The notes: generated from the letters alone by a model not told the origin. A DNA stretch of 64,000 nt from Candidatus Sulfomarinibacteraceae bacterium (GCA_963796455.1 CAWCLO010000003.1:128001-192000); one strand, 5' to 3'. Positions 38,490 to 48,513 are shown, counted from the first letter of the stretch. Program-made: numbers and translations.

Positions 38490-39165
38490 CTGGAACCACT
38501 CTTGTCCAAGACAGAGTCTCAGACAGCGTTCAGGGACAGCGACGGCGAACAGTAGTCAGGGGCAGCGTTCAGTCATCAGCGGCAGCGAACAGCGGCCGGG
38601 GCAGCGATAGCACCAGTGATCAGCTCTCACTTCGTCGGGTTCAGCAAACGCCAGGTCATCGCACGGACCTGATCGAATGCGTTCATCGCTTCACTGGCTC
38701 CGTTCGGGCTGATCGCCCCGGCGTGGGCGAGGAGCTCCAAGTGGCTGTCGACCTCTTTCGCCGAAGCGTAGGCGATCCTCCAGTCGTTCAACCGGTCTCT
38801 ACCGAATCGACCGTACCCTTCTGCCAGGTTCGCAGGGACTGAATTTGCCGACCGGATTACCTGATCGGCAATGAACTTCAGCGGAGCTGGAACCCTCATT
38901 ACAAGCTTGATCGCGATGCCTGCTGCTTCGAGGGCTTTCGCGTGGGCAACGAGGTTGGTGTGCTTGGCGGCGTTGGCCATGGTCACCTCCGGGTCGTTCA
39001 TGCCCAGTCCCACAAGCCGGTGTGGCCACGCCGCCACTGCACCTGATCGCTGGCCCTGAACACTGATTGCTGCCCCCTGTCCCTGTTCGCTGTTGCCTGT
39101 CGCTGTCGCTGGTAGCTGACGCGGATTCCTGTCGCTGATCGCAGATGCTGTCCGCCGCCCCTGAT
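38490..39165 (-). mobile_element. Family 1 element copy D carrying an intact four-helix-bundle gene, leader hairpin deleted
   Basis: End motif ACTCTTGTCCAAGACAGAGTCTC at ~38498; repeat arms; leader joins CCGGTGTGG directly to CCACGCCG. Confidence 0.75.
38627..38980 (-). CDS. Four-helix-bundle protein (23S rRNA IVP / Avd-like family), 117 aa
   Basis: ADQVIRSANSVPANLAEGYGR...RIAYASAKEVDSHL; about 20 of 117 residues differ from the 23340 copy. Confidence 0.9.
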   Translation of the reverse strand: MANAAKHTNLVAHAKALEAAGIAIKLVMRVPAPLKFIADQVIRSANSVPANLAEGYGRFGRDRLNDWRIAYASAKEVDSHLELLAHAGAISPNGASEAMNAFDQVRAMTWRLLNPTK

Positions 39166-39193
39166 CGGCCCAGGGTTTGTTACCCTCCACCTC

Positions 39194-39988
39194 ATGCCGG
39201 AATCGAGCAGACAATGGCGGCTGATCATCGACGGCGCCCTCCCGGGCGCCTCGAACATGGCCCGCGACGTGGCCACCCTCGAGGCCGTCTCGAAGGGTGA
39301 GTCCCCACCCACCCTGCGTCTTTACGGTTGGACCCCACCCTGCCTGACCCTCGGCCGGCACCAGGGCATCGAGGCGGCGGACACGGATTTCTGTCACGAC
39401 GAAGGCATCGACGTGGTGCGTCGCCCGACTGGCGGCAGGGCGCTGCTTCACCACCTTGAACTGACCTACTCGGTGGTCGCTCCTCTCGACCAGGGGCCGC
39501 TGCCGCGCGGCCTCCAGGAGGCCTACGGGACCATCTGTGGGGTATTGGTTCAGGCGATGCGAGATCTCGGCGTCGACGCCGAACTGACAGGCGGCGAAGT
39601 CAACCTGCAGCTTCCGGGCCCGAGAACCGCTGTCCCCTGTTTCGAAGCACCGGCCGGCGGAGAGATCGTTGTTCGAGGAAAGAAACTCATCGGTTCGGCC
39701 ATGCGCTCGCACAAAGGCGTGATCCTCCAACACGGCGCCATCCTGCTCGACTGGGACAGCCGCCTTCAGGCGGGCTCGATGGGTCTGGCCGACGACCACG
39801 GCCTCCGACCCCACATCACCACGCTCTCGGACGAACTCGAAGGAACCATCAGCCGCGACGAGCTGCAGAAGGTGATCCTCTCCGGCTTCAGCGACGTGCT
39901 CGATATCAGCTGCGTCGAAGCTCGGCCGAGCCCGTCCGAAGAACATCGAATGGGCGGGTTGGCGGATTCATTCGTCGTCAAAGGATGA
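39194..39988 (+). CDS. Lipoate-protein ligase / octanoyltransferase (LplA/LipM family)
   Basis: NMARD, LRLYGW, VRRPTGGRALLH, KKLIGSA, LQHG. Confidence 0.92.
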   Translation: MPESSRQWRLIIDGALPGASNMARDVATLEAVSKGESPPTLRLYGWTPPCLTLGRHQGIEAADTDFCHDEGIDVVRRPTGGRALLHHLELTYSVVAPLDQGPLPRGLQEAYGTICGVLVQAMRDLGVDAELTGGEVNLQLPGPRTAVPCFEAPAGGEIVVRGKKLIGSAMRSHKGVILQHGAILLDWDSRLQAGSMGLADDHGLRPHITTLSDELEGTISRDELQKVILSGFSDVLDISCVEARPSPSEEHRMGGLADSFVVKG

Positions 39989-41180
39989 TCCGGCGGCATC
40001 GCCGGTGCCTTCCCGGATCCTCGGTCTGATCGCGGGCAGGAGGGCCAGACCAGGCAGGGCGAGCGCGGTTGTCAGGGCAAAAAACACGGCATAACCCAGA
40101 CTCTCGACTCCGATTCCCGTAAAGGCGCCGGCCACATCGCGGGTGAGCGCGAACATCGCGGAAAGAACCGCGTACTGGGTCGCCGCGTGCTCTTTGTCGC
40201 AGAGGTTCATGAGGAAAGAGAGAAAAGCGGCGGTGCCGAGACCCTGCGTGAAGGACTCGATGACGGACGCCACATAGATGCTTTCGCGCGGCAGCGCCAC
40301 CGCCGCGAAAAGCACATAGCCGAGGTTTGAGACCATCTGCGCGAGGCCGAGCCACAGGAGCGACTTGAAGATCCCGATACGGTTGACGATCCAACCTCCG
40401 GTCAAGGCGCCGAGAATGGTCAAAATCGTCCCCAGGGTCACCGAAATGAAGCCGATCTCAGTCAGCGAATACCCGCGGTCCACCCAGAAGGGTTTCACCA
40501 TGCGGCCGAGGGTCGAATCGCCCACCTTGTAAAGGAGGATGAAAAGCACCACCGGAACCATCCGCCATCGGAATATCCATTGCAGAACCGGGCGGATGGC
40601 GTGCCGACGTTTCGATGAATCCAGCGCCACGCGAGGACTCGCCCAACCGACCACGGCGAGCCCGAAGAAAACAACTGCGAGCATCACCCAGAGCAGGCCC
40701 CAACCGGTGAAATCAGCCAGCATCAAGAATCCACCGCCGCCGACAAAATACGCGGCGCGGGCTGCAGAGACCCTGGTGCCGTTGATGCTGCCCACGGTAT
40801 CCGGCGTCGACACATCCACCGCATAGGCGTCGATCGCGATGTCCTGGGTCGCCGATGCGGTCGTGAAGAGCAGCAGGAGAGCCCACATCAGGTATGAAGG
40901 ATTGGAAGCGTCCTGCGGCACCAGGGCGAGGGTCGTCGCCCCGAGAACGAAAAGGGCTGCGGTGATCCAGTGCTGACGGGTGCCGAAACGGTCCACCAGC
41001 GGCGCCCAGAGCAGCTTCCACGTCCATGGCAGGGATAGCAGGCTCATGAACCCGATTTCGCGCAGCGAAACGCCATGGACCCGGAAAAAGACCGGCCACA
41101 CGTCATAGGCGATGCCGAAGGGCAAGCCCTCGGCAAAATACAGGATCGATGATCCAGAAGAGGACTTTGCTTTTTGTCAC
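39968..41180 (-). CDS. ampG: AmpG-like MFS muropeptide permease with an apparent +1 frameshift near codon 10
   Basis: LYFAEGLPFG, WKLLWAPLVD, SATQDIAIDAY, ATQYA; the likely GTG start at 41180 is out of frame with the body. Confidence 0.8.
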
Positions 41181-41268
41181 AGGGCGATCTTACCGCTGCC
41201 GCCGGCCGCGGTCAGCCAGGTTCCTCAGAGTATCCTAATCAGGGGTTTTCCGTGATGCTCCAGAAAAA

Positions 41269-41330
41269 GGCGGCACAGGCGCCGCCACTACCCAGATGGC
41301 CCTGGGTAGGGGCGGCGCCGTGCCGCCCGG
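41269..41330. repeat. GTAG-tagged REP doublet
   Basis: GGCGGCACAGGCGCCGCCACTAC ... GTAGGGGCGGCGCCGTGCCGCCC, head to head. Confidence 0.7.
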
Positions 41331-41396
41331 TCTCAATCAGCCGCGAGAAATTTATTCTCGGTGGAGAAGTTCGAATGACGCTATCGAAGTCGAGTT

Positions 41397-43940
41397 CTAA
41401 CCCTCGACCGGAATCGTCGCGATATCCTTACGGCGCAGGAACAAAGCGATCATGATCCCCACAACCACCAGAATCGTCCCGATCCACACCAGTGAGATCA
41501 GCGGCTTGGTGGAGACATCGATCACCAGGCTCGATGGCTTGGCCGGCTCGGGTGCCAGCGAAGGATCGTAGACCTGGAGCTGGACCGTGCCTTTTTCGGC
41601 ATCGATCCGGCCCGGGCTCAAGGAGATACCGCCGGTCCCCGGCACGACTGCCGAGGTGACTTGCGGTTCGCCGCCCATGCCACCTCGGTAGGTAGGGATA
41701 ACCTCGAAGCTCTGGCCCTGATGTTCGACCGAAAAGACAACGCCGAAATTGATCTTGCCGGCTTCCGGATCGAAGTCCGAGAGATCAAAATCGTCAAAGG
41801 TGATGTGGAGCTGACCATAGTCGAGGGTCTCGCCCTTGGAGAGAACCACCGTACGACCGACTCCGCCGCCGAGACCGACGATCTCGACTCGAACGACACC
41901 CTGGTCGACGCTCATCCCGGTGGCCTGCAGCCTCGCGCCCGAAAGGCCCGGGATCTCGACCGCCACCGTTTGCACCTCTTCGTTGGCTGAGACCATCGAA
42001 GGCTCGAGGACGACCGTTTCGGCACCCGGCCGCTCGAGCTCGATGACGACACCGACGGTGAGCGCTCCCGGAACCGCGTTCTGGCGCGTGAGATCAAATC
42101 CCTTGAAGGTCAGGGTCCAGTCGCGGAATGCGGAGGGCTGGTCCTTGGTCAGCATCAGACGCGCCGAGACCGGGGCCTCTTCGCCCGGTTCGAACTCGAC
42201 CGGGGCGACATAGAGATCGTTGCTGAAGAATGATTTGATGTCGGGGTTCGCGATCAGCTGATTGGTCTTCTGGTTGACCCACATCTTGGGTTTGAGAATG
42301 AAGTTTCCACCCTTTGGCGAGGTCACCTCGACCACCATCGCATCGCGCGCCTGCGGGGTCGGTTTTTCGACGCCGCGGAAGGTCATCGTGTAACCGAGCA
42401 CCTCCGCCGGTTGGTCCTGGGCGAGCCGTACCTTGTGCTCTTTACCCAGCCAGCCCGTGGTCAAAAACGCGAGCAGGAGAAGACCGAGGCCGACGTGGGC
42501 GACGGGCCCGCCGGCCATCCGCCAGCGACCGTTGCGCGCATATTCGGAGAATGCCCAGCTGTTGGCCACGATGTTGAACAGAGCCGCCCCGATATAAATG
42601 ATCGATGGCAGGCCCCGGAGCCCGAACGCGATTCCCGCACCCAACAAGACCGCTGTGATGACGAGAGTGATCGCGAGGTAGCGCTGCCAACCCTTTCGGG
42701 CGCGGCTCCAGCCGAGAAACGGCGTGCCGCCGACGAAGAGCGCAAAGACCACCGCCAGCCAGAATCCCATACGATTGTAGAAATCAGGCCCGACCTGAGC
42801 CGGCGCACCCCAGATCCTCGAGAGCAATGGCGCCGAGGTCCCAAGCAGAACTACCAGACCGATCAACACGGTCAGCAGGATCCCGACCACAAAGAAAATT
42901 GTTCTCGACATGAAGGGCTCGTCGCCGACCTCAGCCGGAATCTCACGCCACCTGTAGGCCAGAAGCCCGATCGACAGGACCAGGAAGAAGCCCATGATGA
43001 AAACCAGAAACCCGGTGATTCCAAGATCCACGAATGAGTGGACCGAGAAATCCGCCAGCACACCGGAGCGCGTCAAAAAGGTCGCGTAGACCACCAACAG
43101 GAAGGCTGACACCGCGAGCACCAGGTTAAGCCTGCGAAATCGGCTGCGGCCGCGCTGCAATACCATTCCGTGAGTCAAGGCGAGGGTCGCCAACCAGGGC
43201 ACGAGCGAAGCGTTCTCGACCGGGTCCCAGCCCCAATAACCGCCCCAACCGAGGGTTTCATAGGCCCAGTAACCGCCGAGCATGATCGCCGTACCGAGAG
43301 TCGCCAGCGATAAAAGCACCCACGGCAGTGAGATCTTGGTCCATTCGTCGTAGCGTTTCATCCATAAAGCCGCGATGGCAAAGGAAAAGGGCACCGCAAG
43401 CGATGCATAACCGATGAACATGATCGGCGGGTGAATCACCATCCACGGATTCTGCAACAGTGGATTGAGTCCCTGACCGTCCATTGGCGTCATGCCGGTG
43501 GTCAATCCCTGGTGGAATCGGAAGGGATCCTGTTTGACGAGCAGCATAACCAGCGAAAGAATCGTCAGGTTGTAAACCACCATGACCCGCGGTTCGTACT
43601 TCCTCGCGTATCGCATCAAAGGCAACCCGAGCAGCACACCCCAGAAGGTCCAGAGCATGAAGCTGCCTTCCTGGCCTCCCCAGAAGGTGGAGATCAGATA
43701 TTTCAGCTCCAACAGATTGTCGGAGTAGGCCCACACATAGTGGAGGCGGTAGTCGTGGGTGACCAGGAGGTACATCAGTAACCCCGAGCCCACCACTATC
43801 GCCGCGGTCATGAGCAGATAGCTCTGCCGCGCCGGGGAGCGCCAACGCTCGGGGTTCTTGATCGAAAGCCAGTAGGTCACCGTTGACGCCACACCGGCGA
43901 GCAACGCCGTCCACATCAGGAGGGTTCCTGGAAGGTACAT
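41397..43940 (-). CDS. ccmF: Cytochrome c heme lyase CcmF with a long C-terminal extension
   Basis: WGGQEGS, GLNPLLQNPWMVIHPP, WGGYWGWDPVENAS, TRSG, SVHSF. Confidence 0.95.
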   Translation of the reverse strand: MYLPGTLLMWTALLAGVASTVTYWLSIKNPERWRSPARQSYLLMTAAIVVGSGLLMYLLVTHDYRLHYVWAYSDNLLELKYLISTFWGGQEGSFMLWTFWGVLLGLPLMRYARKYEPRVMVVYNLTILSLVMLLVKQDPFRFHQGLTTGMTPMDGQGLNPLLQNPWMVIHPPIMFIGYASLAVPFSFAIAALWMKRYDEWTKISLPWVLLSLATLGTAIMLGGYWAYETLGWGGYWGWDPVENASLVPWLATLALTHGMVLQRGRSRFRRLNLVLAVSAFLLVVYATFLTRSGVLADFSVHSFVDLGITGFLVFIMGFFLVLSIGLLAYRWREIPAEVGDEPFMSRTIFFVVGILLTVLIGLVVLLGTSAPLLSRIWGAPAQVGPDFYNRMGFWLAVVFALFVGGTPFLGWSRARKGWQRYLAITLVITAVLLGAGIAFGLRGLPSIIYIGAALFNIVANSWAFSEYARNGRWRMAGGPVAHVGLGLLLLAFLTTGWLGKEHKVRLAQDQPAEVLGYTMTFRGVEKPTPQARDAMVVEVTSPKGGNFILKPKMWVNQKTNQLIANPDIKSFFSNDLYVAPVEFEPGEEAPVSARLMLTKDQPSAFRDWTLTFKGFDLTRQNAVPGALTVGVVIELERPGAETVVLEPSMVSANEEVQTVAVEIPGLSGARLQATGMSVDQGVVRVEIVGLGGGVGRTVVLSKGETLDYGQLHITFDDFDLSDFDPEAGKINFGVVFSVEHQGQSFEVIPTYRGGMGGEPQVTSAVVPGTGGISLSPGRIDAEKGTVQLQVYDPSLAPEPAKPSSLVIDVSTKPLISLVWIGTILVVVGIMIALFLRRKDIATIPVEG

Positions 43941-43999
43941 GGGTTCTCCTCGTATTCGCGAATCGAGACGGGATCAGCCGCCCGCCTCGATTGGCGGGA

Positions 44000-44416
44000 T
44001 CAGGTTTCGGATCCGTAGCTTTTGACGTCGTCCTCGAGACCCTGGTATTTGGAGGGACACTTCACCAGCAGCTGTTCGGCATGGAATTGGCCGTCGCTGT
44101 AGGCGCCGACGGCGACGATCTGAATCGCCTCCTCGAAGTTGCCGGGTTTGACCCCTTTGTAGACCACGGTCATGGTGGCGCCGTCTTCTTCAACCATATC
44201 GAAGCGCAGCTCCTCGGTGGCATCGACGTACTCGGTGGAGTTTTCGACCAACCCACCCGCAACCTGCACTTTTCGGCCGCTTTGGGTGGCCTCATCGAAA
44301 CTGACGTAGGGTGTCAGATTCGATTTGAAGGAGGTCGTTCCATAGGCTAGAAACGCCACCACCAGAACTCCGCCAACCGCATACCAAATACGACGTTGTC
44401 GTCGTGAATCCGTCAT
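44000..44416 (-). CDS. ccmE: Heme chaperone CcmE (CxxxY variant)
   Basis: N-terminal TM, OB fold, LLVKCPSKY. Confidence 0.92.
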   Translation of the reverse strand: MTDSRRQRRIWYAVGGVLVVAFLAYGTTSFKSNLTPYVSFDEATQSGRKVQVAGGLVENSTEYVDATEELRFDMVEEDGATMTVVYKGVKPGNFEEAIQIVAVGAYSDGQFHAEQLLVKCPSKYQGLEDDVKSYGSET

Positions 44417-44521
44417 TCAATCCTCCAATCGACTGACCTTGCGATCGAGCCGAAAAACATAGGCGAACAGTCCAACCCAGATCATCAGGGTGACCACTGC
44501 GATACCCATGAGGTCAGTCAT
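44417..44521 (-). CDS. ccmD: CcmD-like small membrane protein (34 aa)
   Basis: Not in the ORF track: MTDLMGIAVVTLMIWVGLFAYVFRLDRKVSRLED exactly fills the ccmC-ccmE gap. Confidence 0.85.
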   Translation of the reverse strand: MTDLMGIAVVTLMIWVGLFAYVFRLDRKVSRLED

Positions 44522-45190
44522 CTAAAGCTCCTCTTGCTCACGCCGCTGCCGAATGGCCTCGATCCGACAGCCGATAGTATATAACCATACGTACAAACAC
44601 GTAAATCCTACAAGCGATGCCATCAGCACCTGCGTGTAGCGCGAATCGAAGTCGTTGGAACCACGGGTGTTTATGATGGTGTCCGGGTGGAGCGACCAGT
44701 AGATCCTCGGCACCACAAAGACCAGGAACGGCACGGTTACGAAGGCAAGGATGGCATAAACCGCCGACAGACTCGCTCGCCTCTCAGGGTCCTCGATCGC
44801 TCCACGAAGCGCCAGATAGGCGGCGTAGATCAACAATAAAATGGTGATCGAGGTCTGGCGCGGGTCCCAATTCCAATAGGCGTTCCACATGATCCGAGCA
44901 AAAACGGAACCGGTGGTGGTCGCCAGCACCGCAAAGAGCAGACCCAGTCCTGCGCTCACCGAAGCCCTGATGTCGTCCTTTGGATCCCTGCGCCAGAGAT
45001 ATCGAACCGACGCCACACAGGAAACCAAGAACGCCAGGACCGCAATCCACGCCATGGGCACATGGAAAAAGACGATCCGCGATGATTCTCCGATGAAACC
45101 TTCGGCCGGCTGCACATAGAAAAATGCAGCCAGGATGACCCCGCCGAGCCACACCAGAAGAACCCATTTCAGTATTTCTGACACCCGCAT
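44522..45190 (-). CDS. ccmC: Heme exporter protein CcmC
   Basis: FFHVP, WNAYWNWDPRQT, SLHP. Confidence 0.93.
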   Translation of the reverse strand: MRVSEILKWVLLVWLGGVILAAFFYVQPAEGFIGESSRIVFFHVPMAWIAVLAFLVSCVASVRYLWRRDPKDDIRASVSAGLGLLFAVLATTTGSVFARIMWNAYWNWDPRQTSITILLLIYAAYLALRGAIEDPERRASLSAVYAILAFVTVPFLVFVVPRIYWSLHPDTIINTRGSNDFDSRYTQVLMASLVGFTCLYVWLYTIGCRIEAIRQRREQEEL

Positions 45191-45272
45191 CTTCTACTTC
45201 AACCTCTCTGGTTTCGAAAACATGCCATGATCGGCGGAAATAATACCCCAAAGAGCCCGATCGGTGTGAAAA

Positions 45273-45953
45273 TCAGTCCGACCAGACCACGGGGAAGAGC
45301 GCCGCCGACACCACGGTCATGATCCCGCCCATCGACAAAACCGCCCGAAGGGCCGATGCGAGGGTCTCCGCGGACCCATCTGCTGCGGCTGCAGTACCCT
45401 GGATGAGGAAAATGATCAGAGGCAAGAGGAGCGGCAAGGAAAGAACCGAAAACAGGGCCCCGCGCGTCATCGCCCTGGCGATGATCGCAGCGATGATGGT
45501 CGTGATCACCGCCAATGCAAAGCCCCCGGAAACCAACAGCAGCACGAACTCTCCGACCATCACGATTTGATACCCCATCAGGACACAGAACAGCGGCACC
45601 AGAATCGCCATCAGCAAAAAGATCAGAATCAGGTTAAAAAGAAGCTTGCCTACCCAGACTGCATGGGCCGAGGCCGCCAAACGCAGCAGCGGCGCGGTGT
45701 GGCTCTCTTCCTCCTTGACGAAGGAACGGTCGAGCCCGGCCAGGGCGGCGAAGAGAATCACGATCCACAACAAAACGGCGAGCAGAAAGGGGCGGTCGTC
45801 GACCGAGATCCTGTACGGCCCGACGGTGTAGGACACCGCCGCCAGGACCGTGAGGGCAAACAGTCCCAACGAATTGAGAGCGACCCGGGTCCGGAACTCG
45901 GTGCGCAGATCCTTGGCGGCAACCGCCAGCGCCTCAACCACCAAGCGCCACAC
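45273..45953 (-). CDS. ccmB: Heme exporter protein CcmB
   Basis: KDLRTEFR, RSFVKEEE, LSLPLLLP; GTG start overlapping ccmA. Confidence 0.9.
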   Translation of the reverse strand: MWRLVVEALAVAAKDLRTEFRTRVALNSLGLFALTVLAAVSYTVGPYRISVDDRPFLLAVLLWIVILFAALAGLDRSFVKEEESHTAPLLRLAASAHAVWVGKLLFNLILIFLLMAILVPLFCVLMGYQIVMVGEFVLLLVSGGFALAVITTIIAAIIARAMTRGALFSVLSLPLLLPLIIFLIQGTAAAADGSAETLASALRAVLSMGGIMTVVSAALFPVVWSD

Positions 45954-46563
45954 GGCGTTCCCCCCATTCCATTTCGCGCCGGTCGTTGGTAGCCAGGAGC
46001 ACCGTCTTGCCCTCGACGGCAAGGCCTCGAACATGGCCTTCGAGCCAATCTTTGCCCTCCGGATCGAGATTGGATCCCGGTTCGTCGAGAACCAGCACCA
46101 AGGGGTCGTGGAGCACCGCCTGGGCAATCTTCAGCCGTTGTGCCATGCCGGTGGAAAAGCCACGCACGGGAGTCTTTCGTGCGGGATCCAACCCGACCAT
46201 CTCGAGACACTCCCGGCACCGGTCTCGAGCGCCGTCGATGCCTCGGACGCGGGCAAAGAAGCGCAGGTTCTCCATCGCATCGAGCTCTTCATAGACAGCC
46301 ATCGAAGGCGCCACGACACCCAGGTGATGACGCCACGATCCACGTTCGAGATCGGCCTCACCCTGAAAATGGTGGATCGAACCCCGAGTGGGCCTCAACA
46401 GACCGCAGAGGATGGACAAAAGGGTCGATTTGCCGGAACCGTTGGGCCCGGTGATCACCAATACTTCCCCGGGAACGGCTTCACCGCTCACCGAGCGAAA
46501 AATGACCCGCAGATCGTAGCGCTTGGCCACGTCTGCGAACGAGATTCGAATGCCTTCCGCCAT
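45934..46563 (-). CDS. ccmA: Heme exporter ATP-binding protein CcmA
   Basis: GPNGSGKST, FSTGMAQR, VLDEP; first gene of the ccm operon. Confidence 0.9.
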   Translation of the reverse strand: MAEGIRISFADVAKRYDLRVIFRSVSGEAVPGEVLVITGPNGSGKSTLLSILCGLLRPTRGSIHHFQGEADLERGSWRHHLGVVAPSMAVYEELDAMENLRFFARVRGIDGARDRCRECLEMVGLDPARKTPVRGFSTGMAQRLKIAQAVLHDPLVLVLDEPGSNLDPEGKDWLEGHVRGLAVEGKTVLLATNDRREMEWGERRVALGG

Positions 46564-46607
46564 CGCGAGGAACAATAGCATTCCCGGCGGTCGGGGGGAC
46601 ACAAGAC

Positions 46608-46950
46608 GCAGAATTCAGGGACAGCGACAGGGAACGGCAGACAGCGGCGGCGATCAGTGTGCAGCGGCAGAGATCAGGGGCAGCAATCAGGTGCAGTGAC
46701 GGCGTGGTCACCTCCGGGTCGTTCAACAGAAGGAACAGCCGTTGTGGTGTAGGCGTCTCGCCTGCACACCGTGCGGCCGAGACGGCCGCACCACAAATGC
46801 CGGAGCCCCGAAGATATGACTGCTGTTCACTGTCCCGGCCGCTGATCGCTGACCCTGATGACTGAACGCTGCCGCTGACTCCTGTTCGCTGTCGCTGAAT
46901 TCTGTTGCTGGCGCTGAACTCTGACGCTGTCGTCCCTGTCCCGGACAGCA
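46608..46950. mobile_element. Family 1 element, gene-less copy E (inverted relative to copy A)
   Basis: TGGTCACCTCCGGGTCGTTCAACAGAAGG at 46705; REP doublet 46744-46794 homologous to 13584-13633; repeat arms. Confidence 0.7.
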
Positions 46951-47002
46951 GTGATGGTCGGTGTTCGATCGGGCCCCATAACCCGAACGACCAAACGGGT
47001 CC

Positions 47003-47075
47003 TTGAGGCTTGAGGCGCCGATTCAGTCGCCGCATCACCACGATTGTCAAGCCCCAAGCCTCAGGTCCCAGGCCC
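47003..47075. repeat. Inverted heptamer cassette (TTGAGGC)n ... (CAAGCCY)n
   Basis: TTGAGGCTTGAGGC ... CAAGCCCCAAGCCTCAGGTCCCAGGCCC. Confidence 0.6.
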
Positions 47076-47159
47076 TTTGAGGCGAGTCCCGTCCCCTCCA
47101 TTGGGCACCATGTGTCGGGAGCGCGAACTAGGCTAGAATCGCCAGCGAAGGAGGCGCCA

Positions 47160-48221
47160 ATGCGTGCAGTTATTACGGGGACAGGAATGTACATCCCGGA
47201 GGCTACGGTCGACAATCACGCCCTCGCTCGCGTGATGGACACCTCCGATGAGTGGATCCAGATCCGAACCGGAATCGCCAGAAGGCAGTATGCCGCGCCC
47301 GACCAGGCGACCTCCGATCTTGCGGTCCCGGCCGCCCGCCAGGCAATCGAGAAGGCCGGCCTCCAGGCTTCGGACATCGACTACCTGGTGGTCGCCACCA
47401 TGACTCCCGATTTCTTTTTCCCCGGTTCGGCCCCCTTTCTCCAGCGCAAACTCGGGCTCGAACACATTCCATGTCTCGACATCCGCCAACAATGCGCCGG
47501 CTTCGTCTACGGATTGCAACTCGCCGACGCGCTGATCCGGTCCGGCCAGCACCGCCGGGTTCTGGTGGTCGGGGCCGAGGCCCACGCCTCCCTGGTTCCC
47601 TGGAGCGACCAAACGTGGCGAATCGCTCTGGGTGAGGAAGCCGGAGAGATCTCGACGGAGGAGTACGAAGAAAACACCTCGACTCGAGACAGGGTGGTTC
47701 TTTTCGGCGATGGCGCCGGAGCGGTTGTGGTGGAAGCTTGTGAGGAAGATGACAAAGGAGTCATCGACTGTCTGCTGCACACCAACGGCGACCAGGCCGA
47801 GCGGCTGTGGACCAAGGCCGCCGGCAGCGCCTTCCGGCCCTATATCCGTCAGGACATGATCGATTCCGGCGATGTCGTGCCCATCGTGGAGGGGCGAAAG
47901 GTTTACGCACTGGCCGTCACTTTCATGCCGCAGGTCACCCTGGAGATCCTGGAGAGAAACGGCCTCACCACCGACGATCTGGATCTCGTCATCATGCACC
48001 AGGCCAACTTGAGGATCAACGAAGGCGTCCAGAAACGACTCGAGCTACCCGACGACAAAGTGTTCAACAATATTCAGAACTACGGCAACACGACCGCCGG
48101 TACCATCCCCATCGCCTACCACGAGGCACTCGAGCAGGGACGTGCCAAGGAAGGTGATCTGGTGTGCTTTGTCGGTCTCGGGAGTGGGCTGAATTGGGGA
48201 GCTATTCTGTATCGATGCTGA
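47160..48221 (+). CDS. fabH: 3-oxoacyl-ACP synthase III
   Basis: DTSDEWI, QQCAGF, LFGDGAGA, HQAN, YGNT (Cys-His-Asn triad). Confidence 0.93.
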   Translation: MRAVITGTGMYIPEATVDNHALARVMDTSDEWIQIRTGIARRQYAAPDQATSDLAVPAARQAIEKAGLQASDIDYLVVATMTPDFFFPGSAPFLQRKLGLEHIPCLDIRQQCAGFVYGLQLADALIRSGQHRRVLVVGAEAHASLVPWSDQTWRIALGEEAGEISTEEYEENTSTRDRVVLFGDGAGAVVVEACEEDDKGVIDCLLHTNGDQAERLWTKAAGSAFRPYIRQDMIDSGDVVPIVEGRKVYALAVTFMPQVTLEILERNGLTTDDLDLVIMHQANLRINEGVQKRLELPDDKVFNNIQNYGNTTAGTIPIAYHEALEQGRAKEGDLVCFVGLGSGLNWGAILYRC

Positions 48222-48239
48222 GCCCACCCAGGAGGACGA

Positions 48240-48393
48240 TGAGGCAATGGGGCTATGGAGCTATGGGGCTATGGGGCTCTCAGGCTTCAGGATCGGGAGA
48301 CCAGGCGGAGAGAATCCTCAAAGCCCCATTACCAGGGCGGGTAGCAACCGGTCATAGCTCCATAGCCCCATACCGCCATGCCCCATTGCCTCA
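48240..48393. repeat. Inverted octamer cassette (GGGGCTAT)n ... (ATAGCCCC)n
   Basis: TGAGGCAATGGGGCTATGGAGCTATGGGGCTAT ... ATAGCTCCATAGCCCCATACCGCCATGCCCCATTGCCTCA. Confidence 0.9.
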
Positions 48394-48513
48394 GAGCCTT
48401 TCGCACCCGAAACCTATCAATAATCGAAACTTATGCTACCCTTGCCCGGTCAGCGGTTTGGTCGCTCGATCGCCGAGCACCCCGCTATTTCTTCATCAAG
48501 AACAGGAGACGTC

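Noticed and set aside
38981..39946. 439-aa ORF 38627-39946 as a long four-helix fusion protein
   Set aside because: The extension is the antisense of the lipoate ligase gene plus repeat arms; the SD and the paralogs place the start at 38980
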